Below, piece by piece: positions 52,379 to 62,805 of a stretch of DNA of 64,000 bases; position 1 is the first letter of the stretch; every line of letters begins with the position of its first letter. The translations under genes were made by a program, and so were the position numbers. The stretch lies in NCBI GenBank assembly GCA_000091205.1, contig AP006502.2; one strand, given 5' to 3'. The notes under the pieces were generated by a model. It was not told where the DNA came from. It did not search any database and saw only the letters and a list, made by a program, of their open reading frames with translations. Origin of the DNA: Cyanidioschyzon merolae (Eukaryota).

Positions 52379-54184
52379 TTACCAGTTGTGTTTCAAAAAG
52401 TCGACTGCCCTGGTCCGCCAAGCCAACAAGTTCTGCATCCAATGAGACCAGTTTCCTGACTCTGGGCTCGCACCAGCACTGGAGAAACCATCATTTGTCG
52501 CCACATACCGAGAGTTGTGCCGAGCTGTGGTCTGCGTCCGAGCTTCCGCACGCCCTGGCTTGTCAGCGTCCGTCTTCTTCGGAAAAGTCCGCTCTGGTGT
52601 GCCCTGCGATGCGTTTCGAGGCGCACTGGGAGCCCCCTGCCGGCGATGACGATCAACTGTGGCATGCGGCCCTGCTGGGGGGCGCACCAACGACTCAGAG
52701 TTCTGCGATGTTTCGCGAAAAGTTTCGTTTGCGACTTTTTGCCTCCTTGACGTGGACATCTCCGCAACGTCAGATGCCTTTGCAAACCAGCTGCGGATGG
52801 AAAAAGGCGCAGCAGCAGGGGCAGGCGTCGTCTGTAGCGTACGACCTGCCGTGATAATTACGGACACGCGCACTGTACCCGTGAGCGACTCGTCGAACGC
52901 TGACCCGAAGATGATATTTGCATGGGGCCCAGTGCGATCCCGAATCAGTGAGGCAATCTCGTTGACCTCGTCCAAGAGGAGATCTCGACCGCCTGAAATG
53001 CTGATGAGCGCTCCACGAGCCTGTCCGAGAGAAATTCCGTCCAGCAGGGGATTGTTCAAGGCTAGCTCAATCGCTCGGCGACCCCGGTCGATTCGCGCCT
53101 GTGGCGACGATGCCGTATCCACGGAACGCTGGGGCAGAGAAGCGTTCCCATTTGCCATTGGTGCGGAGCAGCCACTCGCCTCGCCCATGCCAAACACAGC
53201 TCTGCCAGCGTTGCGGGTGATCGCATCTAGATCTGCAAAGTCCAAGTTAATAAACCCGTTGGTATACATGAGGTCGGTTACCGAGCGAATCGTCTTACAG
53301 AGCACGTCATCGGCAAGCTGAAAGGCGCTTTGCAACGTTGTTCGATTTGTTGCGAGTCGGAAAAGATTTTGATTGGGAATCGTGACTATTGTGTCCACCT
53401 GCGGCTCCAGTTCGTCGAGGCCCTGCTCTGCGAGGCGCATACGATGACGTCCTTCGAAAGCGAACGGCGTACTCACGACGGCGATTGTCAGGACACCGGC
53501 TGCTCGGGCGGCCTGGGCAATGACCGGCGCCGCGCCTGTACCGGTACCTCCACCCAGTCCCGCTGTCAAAAACAGAATATGAGCGTTCCGTATTTCTTCC
53601 ATAAGCAGGGGAAGGCAGGCGCGCGCTGCCTCGCGGCCTACGGAGGGGTTTGCGCCCGCCCCGAGCCCAGCCGTCAAGCGTTCCCCCAGGCAGAAGGTTC
53701 GGTCAGCAAGGGAGAACGAAAGCGCCTGGGCGTCGGTATTCGCCGCCAGCAGTCGCAGGCCCTGAAATGGGTCCAGATGAAGCTCTGAATTGCGATCCGC
53801 GCTGCGTTGTTGGTTCTGTTGGCGTAGAGATCGTACCAGGTTGTTAATGGTATTGCCGCCGGCGCCACCGACCCCCAGAGCAACCATACGGGGTCTCGAA
53901 AAAACTCGTAAAGATTGTCCTTCTACAGTGCAGCGTTGCTCGGTTGTTCGTAAATCATTCGCCAACTGGGTCACGGCCGGTTCAGGAGCACGACGCAGGG
54001 CCTCAGTGCACTTTGCGGGAGTGTGCACGGCTCTTATGCAAGAGCTTTCCGCCTGCGACTGCGCTTGCGATAGCATATCGCCATGCCAGCGAAAGCGCTT
54101 CCAGCAAATCAAGACACGAGCTGACCGATCGTCCCAAAGTCCCGCCGGGCACCCGTGTACCCGGGTTCTCCAGTGCTGGAACAT
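52379..54184 (-). CDS. ftsZ: FtsZ (organelle division GTPase) with N-terminal presequence, internal insertion and long C-terminal extension
   Basis: The track's start is a GTG, and the first ATG is at revcomp 54182-54184. The tubulin/FtsZ signature GVGGAGGNTIN is present, with LFLTAGLGGGTGTGAAPVIAQAA, IVTIPN and the T7 loop region. A ~25-aa insert lies between GMGEASG and RAIELALNNPLLDG. About 150 aa of low-complexity sequence follows the core. Confidence 0.85.
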   Translation of the reverse strand: MFQHWRTRVHGCPAGLWDDRSARVLICWKRFRWHGDMLSQAQSQAESSCIRAVHTPAKCTEALRRAPEPAVTQLANDLRTTEQRCTVEGQSLRVFSRPRMVALGVGGAGGNTINNLVRSLRQQNQQRSADRNSELHLDPFQGLRLLAANTDAQALSFSLADRTFCLGERLTAGLGAGANPSVGREAARACLPLLMEEIRNAHILFLTAGLGGGTGTGAAPVIAQAARAAGVLTIAVVSTPFAFEGRHRMRLAEQGLDELEPQVDTIVTIPNQNLFRLATNRTTLQSAFQLADDVLCKTIRSVTDLMYTNGFINLDFADLDAITRNAGRAVFGMGEASGCSAPMANGNASLPQRSVDTASSPQARIDRGRRAIELALNNPLLDGISLGQARGALISISGGRDLLLDEVNEIASLIRDRTGPHANIIFGSAFDESLTGTVRVSVIITAGRTLQTTPAPAAAPFSIRSWFAKASDVAEMSTSRRQKVANETFRETSQNSESLVRPPAGPHATVDRHRRQGAPSAPRNASQGTPERTFPKKTDADKPGRAEARTQTTARHNSRYVATNDGFSSAGASPESGNWSHWMQNLLAWRTRAVDFLKHNW

Positions 54185-55273
54185 GTCACCGCAAGAACGC
54201 GAAGTTACCAGGAACGGAATCCACACGAAGGCTCAGTTTCCCGCGCATTTTTCGACGCCGCCGCGCACGGTGCTGTCTCGCCGCGGCTGTGCGCGCGGAT
54301 CCGCTGATTCCGGTGGTACGTTCAGCGGTGTGCCTCCGCATGCCCCGCGTGTGTCTCTGGAACACGGCGTTGACACTGACAGGTGATTGCCCAATGCGCA
54401 CTTGATCTCAGTCATCGGGGGAGCGTTTATCGCTCTACTCGCCTTTGAATTCCATTCAGCATACTAATATTTGGACATACTGGATATTTCCCATGGAAAA
54501 CTGCGCACCGTGTCGAGCGTGAGCACCTGCTATAGCGCCTATAGCGTCGGTGCGGTCGCAGCAGGGAGACACAAGGGATTTGCTGTATTACCGGGGAGAG
54601 TCGGCTTGTGGTGTAATTCACCCGATGCGGGTTCTGATCTTGGTATCGATTTGTGTCCGGAACGTCCGACCACATGCCCAACGCCATGCGCAATGTTGCA
54701 TGCGCGCGCGATTCTCCTTTCGCCGAGTGCCCCGCATCGGCTGTCGAGGTCGAAGAGGCAGCGCGTTCATTTCGGGACTATTATGGCGCCTACGCTGCCG
54801 GGGTATCGAGGCGGATGAGCGTCAGGTCCACCATGGACATGGACAAGCAAGGTGCGTCTTGATGCCACAGGAATGATGCGACTGAGCTCGAGCGCGTTGG
54901 TGATGGACGACCCATGCCGAGCGGATTCTTCCGCTGCTCGAGATGCCTGCGCCCGGCAGCCTGTGCGGTCGGAATCGATGGCGAAGCGAACAAGGCAGGC
55001 TGATTCCGCCGCAACTCGACGCGATTGGATGACTCGAATCGAGCACTGCGGGAGCCTGCATTCGAGCCCCGATGACAACGCTCCCCAGCGTATCACAAGA
55101 AGACCTCCCATTTGCTTATAAGATGGTGTACCCATTCGCCTTGATGCACACAGGATGCTGCCGTCCACTTTGCCGAACATGCTGCAAGCATCGATCGGCC
55201 GCAAAGCTCGTTGAGGCGCGCCGATGCTTGCGCTTCGTATCCGCTGGGTGCGGGGGCACGCGGGCCCCACTCG

Positions 55274-55489
55274 CCAGAAACGCGCGCATACGGCACAAGA
55301 TCGACATCGAATTTGGGATATCATGGTTCTTTACGGACCATATTGGACTATCGGAAAGCCTCAGCTATCTGGCTCTCATTGTCCAGAAACGCGTGCATGC
55401 AGCACAAGATCGACATCGAATTTGGGATATCATGGTTCTTTACGGACCATATTGGACTATCGGAAAGCCTCAGCTATCTGGCTCTCATT
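55274..55489. repeat. Tandem direct duplication, 2 x ~108 bp, in the FtsZ/TraB divergent intergenic region
   Basis: 55274-55380 and 55383-55489 are nearly identical (ccagaaacgcg.gcat.c.gcacaagatcgacatcgaatttgggatatcatggttctttacggaccatattggactatcggaaagcctcagctatctggctctcatt). Confidence 0.8.
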
Positions 55490-55650
55490 CGCATTGATCA
55501 TCAGCGCTGCACGAGCGCTGCAACGGATTCCCGAACGCGCTGCTGTACCGCACACCAGGCAAGTTGTGGGCCGCACCAGGCTGGTTCTCTTTGACAGAGA
55601 GACGCTTACGGCGGTGGCGGTGGCGGTGGTGGCGGTGTTGGTCGTCGGAC

Positions 55651-56727
55651 ATGTCGACTGTCGCGGTTCGGGCTCGTTGGCTATCCGGGATTTGGCGATG
55701 GCGCGGCTTCCGCCAGTTCGTGCGTAGCGAGCAGTGGTGGCGCCGGGAGCCACGTCCGGCGGCCTACCGCACCCTGGTACCGCAGGCGCAACCTGCTTTT
55801 CGAGTCTGGGTTTCTGGGAGCTTATCGACCTCGGCTGGGAACTCGACCTTCGGGAGCGCTCCCGGGGACGAGACGACCAACAGTACAGGTACGGCTGCTG
55901 CGCTGACTGACGATAATCCACTCCGTCTCGTGAACGGCTCCACCGGGGCTGTCGCACACGTTCTCGGGACCGCGCACATATCAGCGCTCTCCGTTTCGCA
56001 GACTCGGGAGTTGATTCGAAGGGTTCAACCGGATACCGTGGTGGTGGAGCTGGACGACGAACGCGTTCAGACCGTGCGAGAGCGTCTGGACAAGAAAGAC
56101 CCGTCTCAGGACTCGTCGCTCTTCAGCGAGTTGCTGCGCGTCTTTACTGACCCAAGAGGCGGTTCTCTCGGTTCGCGCATGTTCGAAGTGTATTTCAAAC
56201 TCATGTATCGTGCGTTGAGAATGGCAGGGTTTCTCCCGGGTGCCGAGTTTGTTGCGGCGATTGAGGAAGCCGAACGCATCGGTGCGCGAGTCGTCCTCGG
56301 CGATCGAAACATTCACGAGACCATGGAAAGGCTGCGTGCCGCTGTGTTTCATAACTTCTCCGATGTGTTACATGCTCTAGTTTCTCCACCTCCGCCGGAG
56401 CTTGAGAGTCTACTTGACAACTTGAAGGACCAGGCTCGAGGCGGCAACGCGCGAAAGATCAGCACTGATTTTGTTGATGCACTTCTGGACCGCAAGTCTG
56501 TGCGCCTGCTCACGCGTTTTCTGTCGCGCTCCTTGCCGGCCGTCTCCAAGGTCATGCTTGATGAACGCGACGTGATACTTGCGTCGAAAATAGCCACAGC
56601 ACCAGGGCAAAAAATCGTCGCGATTGTGGGAGCAGCGCACCTTGATGGCATTGAGCGCTGGTGGCTGCAAAATATCGAACCAGATCCGATTATCGTATCG
56701 TCGTCACCATTGCCGTCACAATCGTAG
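55651..56727 (+). CDS. TraB/PrgY/GumN-family protein (TRABD-like)
   Basis: Motifs are HVLGTAHISALSVSQTRELIRRVQPDTVVVELDDER, AEFVAAIEEAERIGARVVLGDRNI and IVAIVGAAHLDGIERWW. The track's start is a TTG. I used the ATG at 55651, and upstream lies an Arg/Trp-rich stretch. Confidence 0.7.
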   Translation: MSTVAVRARWLSGIWRWRGFRQFVRSEQWWRREPRPAAYRTLVPQAQPAFRVWVSGSLSTSAGNSTFGSAPGDETTNSTGTAAALTDDNPLRLVNGSTGAVAHVLGTAHISALSVSQTRELIRRVQPDTVVVELDDERVQTVRERLDKKDPSQDSSLFSELLRVFTDPRGGSLGSRMFEVYFKLMYRALRMAGFLPGAEFVAAIEEAERIGARVVLGDRNIHETMERLRAAVFHNFSDVLHALVSPPPPELESLLDNLKDQARGGNARKISTDFVDALLDRKSVRLLTRFLSRSLPAVSKVMLDERDVILASKIATAPGQKIVAIVGAAHLDGIERWWLQNIEPDPIIVSSSPLPSQS

Positions 56728-58286
56728 CCTTCGTTGCAGTTGCCTTTTCCCTTTGAGCGATGGACGGCGGCGCTCGACCAGGGCGGAACGTGTGCCTCGA
56801 ACGAAACCCGTACCCCACGTGACAGGCTGCTCGCTAGACCGTGTTTCATGCTGCCGCACTCCCGCGATGCCTGAGAGTGTGGTGTGCGCAGACCCGTTGA
56901 GGTCTCGCTGGTACGCACTGCGACACCATTGTATTCGCAGTTGGAGCCGGTTCTGAATGACCCCGGGAAGCTGCGCGTAAGCACAGCGAGACACGCTCAT
57001 GGATGTCGCTTGTGAGCGAAGAGCTCGATACTTGCCCGCCGTCTTGCTCGTGTCCCGCCCAATAGCTCCGTAATCCCTTCGAAGAGCAGCAGTCGAGGTG
57101 TCCCCGTTCAACTCAAGCCGCATTAGCGAGCATCGCAAGCAAGCAAGCAACCGGTCACGATCGCACTTTCCCGTGTCATCGCAATGCGTTTAATTTTCGT
57201 GTCTGATAGCTGCTGAAGAGCTATGCGATTCTTGTTTTTCGTCGATGAACCCTTCGGGTCAACTCATGAGCGCCACGCAGCCGCGAACGATGGACAACAT
57301 GTGGCTCTTTGAGGCAGCGGATGTTGAAAATTTCATCGCCAATCTCGTGATCTGCAGCATTCCGGTGCATCCTTCGTAAATCCTAAAGCGACATCTGGAG
57401 GAACAGCAGCCTCCGATAGCTTGACGGCATCGAAACGCCACGAGCCGAAGTATGTCAACGCACCTAGTACGCTCGGCGTCTCGTGTGGCACTGTGCTCTC
57501 TGCAACTCGACAGGTTCCTGGCTCAGGGGCATCGGCGCAGGTATCTGCTGATCATAGTATTATCTCGTCTGCGGCTCTTGTATCGCTTAAATCTCCTCAA
57601 AATATCCAGATGCAAATGATCGTGTTTGGGTCCAAAACCGCTGCGCGCACAGCGTGCCTGCCATGGATCATGAGAGGCCAAGGCGCCTACAACTTTGGAC
57701 TAGGACCAGGAGGAGCTCTGGATGCGAGCGCTTTCCTGAATAGGGCTTCTCATTTCCGGAGTCAAACTCGTACAACTAGCCGTTATTCAGTTGAAGCCCG
57801 GTCTTGCTAAAGTGTGCAAGTCCCTGCCTTTCACAGAAGCATGACGAACAACGCACTCGTGAACATCATTTCTGTCCACGCTTTTGGGGCGGTTCCAGCG
57901 TATCCTACGCGGATCCGTCCAGGAAAACGGACTCTTGTGCAGCTGCCCTACCTAGATATCATTGGAGTGAACGGGATGATTCCAGTGATGCACGCGGATA
58001 CCAGTATGTAAGACGTTTGCTCTATGTGTCGAGAGGTGGGCATCTGCATTCTGTTATGAAATGCACTTGACAGAAACGTGGCACGAAGCATGCCATGTCG
58101 ACGGGCGCTGATGAACTCTCTGTGTGCTTCTGAGTGTGTCTAGCTGCGCGCCGGCCTCGATCCCAGTAGGATATCGCTCAACAACGCCAACGATTCATCG
58201 TCATCCGCTGGGTTATCTGGGTGCGGCCAACGGAACCTCTATCAAACTTGCGCTGAAGCTCGAGTCCGACTTTGCGTTTGTACCTG

Positions 58287-58691
58287 ATGATAGCTAAATC
58301 TGCTTTTGTAGCACAGACAGGCCGCTATGCTCGGCCAGTACTGCGAGGCAATTTAAAGCAGTCAGACTGGGGGCGAAAACTGCGGGTTCAGCGGCACGCG
58401 TCCACAGTAACGCTTCGTACGGGTGAGCCGGAACCACCCTCCGACGCTCAAGACCTCGACCGGAAGTGGCAGGAGTTCAAGAAAAAGCTAGAAGCTCAGA
58501 GACGAACTCCAGACCCGGAGCCTCGAAAGGCACCGAGGTCTACACCACTCTCCGTGCAGGAGATTGATCGAAAGACTGAGCGTTTAACGAACGTATGGAC
58601 GAGCCAGGCCGGGTACCTTTTTGGTGCGGGCTTCATTCTCGCAGTGGCAGCTTTCTACTTGTACGTCATGAAGGAACAGGGCATTTTTTGA
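58287..58691 (+). CDS. Hypothetical small protein with C-terminal transmembrane anchor
   Basis: ATG at 58287, after the track's TTG. The protein is basic and ends in a hydrophobic tail, YLFGAGFILAVAAFYLYVM. No family was assigned. Confidence 0.25.
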   Translation: MIAKSAFVAQTGRYARPVLRGNLKQSDWGRKLRVQRHASTVTLRTGEPEPPSDAQDLDRKWQEFKKKLEAQRRTPDPEPRKAPRSTPLSVQEIDRKTERLTNVWTSQAGYLFGAGFILAVAAFYLYVMKEQGIF

Positions 58692-61143
58692 ACAGTTGGC
58701 GTCAAGGAACGGGCAGTGAATCAGTGACGAGGAGCGCTTGTGACATCGTGTCTCGTGCCGGGCCGCTCGTGAGTGTCAGCGCGTAGCTCGAGCCACGTTC
58801 GTTCGATGAGGTAGGTATCAGCGTAGAAAATGGAGCGCGGATGGTATGTTCGCACACTTTAAGTCCTGCACATATAAGTGTTGAGCTGGTGCCCCTGTCG
58901 ATAACGGTGCACGTTCCGCGGATGAAAGACGGGGACGGATGACACATGTGGCCTTTATCGGACTTGCCCATGATGTGAGAGTGCTTTGCAGCGGCAATCG
59001 ATCGATGGGTATTCGGCCGCAAGTACGATGCAGCTGGGCACGGAATACCGATACTGGACACGTCGATAAGTAAGAGCATCCTGTCGGTTCCGTGCCTTGC
59101 ATCAGTGCGGCTCTGTGCACAGAAGTGGAGACGATCTCGTGCGGGAATCATCATGCTTGCGCCTATGAGGAAAGATTGCAACTTGTGCATAACATCGGAC
59201 AGTGCTCTTCCATTTTCAGTATGATGTACGGTTTACAAGACATTGGGATTCGAGTTGCAGAAAGCGAATTCGCCTGGACGTCCGCGGATAATACAGAGAA
59301 GCGAGGCCCGCCCTGTGCATGGCATACACTCCATGTTTACGTAAAGCCAGAAGCCCGTCGTCGTCGAATACGAATTGTGTATTGAGGGATCTTGTTGGCA
59401 TGGACGCCGCATGAGCTCCTACAACGCCGCCTTTGCGTATTGGACGGGCACAACCATTTCCCCACAGCATCGACATGTTGTCCACGTCGCCCTGACTGTA
59501 GCCTGCCGGCGCTCCCAGATACCATGTTGCACCAGTAGTCGTTACGTAAACTCCGGCACGACTCTACCCAATAAAATCTTTATCAGAGCATATCGAAAAT
59601 CCTGCTATAATGTTGTACCGGTTATCCTTGCGTGAACGCTCGCACCAAATCGTTCCATCCGAGAAACTCGTTCCAACCTTCCGCCCACCTTGCCTGCACG
59701 GCAGCAAATCGCTAAACCGACTGCTGATGTTTCAGAGACACACGAACGGCCCTCGGTCGATGCGGTAACGCGGCGGGACTGCGCTAGCACGTATCGCTTC
59801 GGTGAGCAGACACGCAAACGATGAAATGTCACACGGACTGCATGCCAAGGGATTTCGGATCGCAACCGAGGCAGGCAGTTTGGCAGCACTTGGTACCGAT
59901 AGAATGCATCAGGGCGCATGCGTTGACGAGAACGGTCCACCGAAACACGATTCCCGCCTTTCGTGGTCAACAGAACCCTACGTCGTTGCTTCGCCAGGCG
60001 ACATGAGCCTGCTATGCGTCGCTACCCGAACACTGAAGCGCCAGCAGACACAGCAAATGAGCTACGGGTGCTGGACACGAAACCCTGTCTCGGTAGTAGG
60101 AGGCCGCACCAGCGCCAACGATTGGCACGCCGATGAACACGGCGACTCCTGGTGCCGGATGCGCTGTCGCACGCGCGAAAGCATGCACATCCATCAAGAC
60201 GCTACCACAGCTATTGTGGACTGCGAGAACCCGCTGACCCTGTGACTGACTTCGGGCAGCCGTCACCACGGTGCTATTCGCTATCCGGAGCTATTGCGCC
60301 CACTTCCAGATAATCCTGAAAACGCAACACGCGCCACCTGGTGCTGGAATCATTGCACTCAATCACCGTTTTTACAGGCGTTCGAGGAAACGCACGCAAA
60401 GCTCTGCACCACAAAGATCACAGCATGCTTTTTCCGGGTACAGGCGGGTGTCGGATCGTTGACGGCATCGAGGAATCACCATTTACGTGTGAGCAACAAT
60501 TTTTTTACGATCCAGGATCGCTACGTCTAATTAGGGATCCCCCGGACGCACCCCAAGTTTCGAAAACCAGAGCAGCAAACCCCCGTACCGCTCCAGTCCT
60601 GTAGCGTTGCAGGAGCCGCAGAGAAGCTGAAGGACACGCCACTCGAAAAGCACCCTCATGGTCATCCACCGTGTGCCGTATAGGTAATGTAACTTGGGAG
60701 TAGGGGTTTGATGGATACCTCACCGCACACTGAAAAAAAGTAAGAAAAGAAAATGCGCATAATCAGAGAACGCTGGCCAAAGTAAACGTTTTGTCCATGG
60801 CAAAAAATCCACCGTGTGTCGTTCCGGATCATTGCGGCGCGCCGCACTGACGACCGACGTGTTTGAAGGGAATCGTCAGACACTACTGCTGCTACTACTA
60901 CTGCTGCTGCTGCTGGTGGTGACGTTTTCTAGTCCTGAACAGAGGGCGAGTGAAGCGCAGCCTCTTGTCTTCGGACCGGGGAGCTCTTTACGAGGTAACC
61001 TGAAGGGTCTGGTGTAGCTCATCTCAGAGACAAGTAGTGCGTAGCGTGCAACGCTCAGATTCGGAACGGCAGCGGTGTGCTACTGTCGACGCACGGCAAC
61101 TGCGACACGAACGCTTGTTTCGGTTTTCGCAGCTGGTCCTTGC

Positions 61144-62805
61144 ATGCCGAAGACCTCGGACGTTTTCCCTATGAACCAGGGTCATACGAAGCAGCGGCGT
61201 GTTTCCCGTGATGACCGTGTTCAAGTGGGCGACTCGATCCAGTCGCAGGTTGAACTTGCCCGCGTTGCGATCACACGCTTCATGAAAGAGCGTCGAGTAG
61301 AGGACGTAGCACCGTTATGCTCCCGAGTTCTGGTGCTTGACGTGCGACTAGCATTGTCCGACGCATTTGGCGCACTATTAGAACAACAGAGCTCAGTTGC
61401 TGTTCTCTGGGATACCGTGAAGCAAAGCCTCGTTGGACTCTTGACTCCAGCCGACCTGGCTGAGATGCTGCTCTTTCTGCGCGAAAGCCTACAACGCGAA
61501 GGAACCCCGACCCCGAACGACGGTAACGAGCAGGGTCACCAAGACTCTGGTGCTGTAGATGACGCCGACTACAATCGGCGCGCTGTGCGGCTCCTCACGA
61601 GTCGCACGCTGGGCACTTGGCTAGAACTGTGCTCGGAGCAGTCGAATCAGTCCAAGCTGCTCTCAAGAGACATTACGGATACTGGGCAAGGACCAGTGCC
61701 AGGAGCAGGAGCCGCTGAGGCCCCACCGGTGACCTTGGCGACCGCAGTTGCTTTCGCTGGGTCCGCACTCGAGAAACACGCTCCGCTACTGGCCAACTCG
61801 CGCCCGCCGCGTCCCAGTGCCCTGCAGCTAATATCCTGTCGAGCGAATGGCTCGCTCTACGAGGCGGCTGTCCTGCTTCGGGATCACGCGATTCACCACG
61901 TTCCGCTTGTCATTGGAGCAGACAGCACCGTGCTTTGTATTCTGACGCATGGACGACTTTTGGCGTACATGAATGAGCAGTTTGGCCTGTATCGACTCGA
62001 GAAACAATGGCAGCAACAGCAGCAACAGCAGCAACAGCAACGTGAGCGACCAGCTCGCCCTCGCACAGACGCGCGCGTTAGCGCACAGGAGCTGCAGACT
62101 GCAGCGTTGGACGCGATGCGTACATCGTGCACCCCTGAAGTCGAGGAGCTTGCTGTTGTCGTAGATCTTTTTTCCGTTCCTATAGAAACGCTCGGAATCG
62201 GAACCTTTCGCAATATATCGCAGGTACACCTGAAAGAGCCGCTGTGGCGAGCCATCGCCAAATTAGTGGACTCCAACGTGCATGCAATTCCTGTCGTTGA
62301 TGACACCGGCGCTCTCCAACAAGTCTACACCCGAGCAGATGCGCTATGGATCATTGCACCTGAGACAGTGACTGTACCCGAAGGCCGCCCAGCTTCTCCC
62401 TGGGGGCGACCTTCGGAAACCAAGTCACCAGGAGGAAACATGGAAAACATCGGTGCGCGTATTGCCAGCGGAGGAGGTCGATATCACATGCTCCGGGACC
62501 ACGTTCTCGTGGAGGATCACTTTCGCATGCTGCGGCGGGAGGGTCGTAACCGACGCTTGCCTGTCACGTGCAGCCCCAGAGACACGCTGCGGACCGTTTT
62601 TGAACGCATGGGTCACGACTTTCGTATACACCAGGTTTTTGTTGTCGATGATCGCCAACACGTTTTGGGAGTCATATCGCTATCGGATATTCTGGAGTTT
62701 TTCATGGATAGCTCCGCGAGTGTGCCGTCGTCTCCGGATCTTCGCCACCACGACTCGCCGTTTTCCCATACGGGCATGGATCTGCCCGTCCGCCCGATCC
62801 TGTAA
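61144..62805 (+). CDS. Four-CBS-domain protein (AMPK/SNF1 gamma-subunit-like) with internal poly-Gln tract
   Basis: The track's start is a GTG, and the first ATG is at 61144. CBS-pair-like segments are VLVLDVRLALSDAFGALLEQ..VAVLWD, HVPLVIGADSTVLCILTHGRLLAYM, HAIPVVDDTGALQQVYTRADA and QVFVVDDRQHVLGVISLSDILEFF. A (CAG/CAA)n tract encodes an 11-residue polyQ run (Q11) at ~62015-62045. Confidence 0.7.
   Translation: MPKTSDVFPMNQGHTKQRRVSRDDRVQVGDSIQSQVELARVAITRFMKERRVEDVAPLCSRVLVLDVRLALSDAFGALLEQQSSVAVLWDTVKQSLVGLLTPADLAEMLLFLRESLQREGTPTPNDGNEQGHQDSGAVDDADYNRRAVRLLTSRTLGTWLELCSEQSNQSKLLSRDITDTGQGPVPGAGAAEAPPVTLATAVAFAGSALEKHAPLLANSRPPRPSALQLISCRANGSLYEAAVLLRDHAIHHVPLVIGADSTVLCILTHGRLLAYMNEQFGLYRLEKQWQQQQQQQQQQRERPARPRTDARVSAQELQTAALDAMRTSCTPEVEELAVVVDLFSVPIETLGIGTFRNISQVHLKEPLWRAIAKLVDSNVHAIPVVDDTGALQQVYTRADALWIIAPETVTVPEGRPASPWGRPSETKSPGGNMENIGARIASGGGRYHMLRDHVLVEDHFRMLRREGRNRRLPVTCSPRDTLRTVFERMGHDFRIHQVFVVDDRQHVLGVISLSDILEFFMDSSASVPSSPDLRHHDSPFSHTGMDLPVRPIL

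Noticed and set aside
52659-53321. 220-aa plus-strand ORF
   Set aside because: It is antisense to the FtsZ gene and has no motif content.
55274-55489. Tandem repeats at 55274, 26866, 28452 and 47806 as possible CRISPR arrays
   Set aside because: There are only two units each, and they are adjacent or irregularly spaced with no unique spacers. The window is eukaryotic and has no cas genes. The Fanzor-like genes are transposon-derived, not CRISPR-associated.
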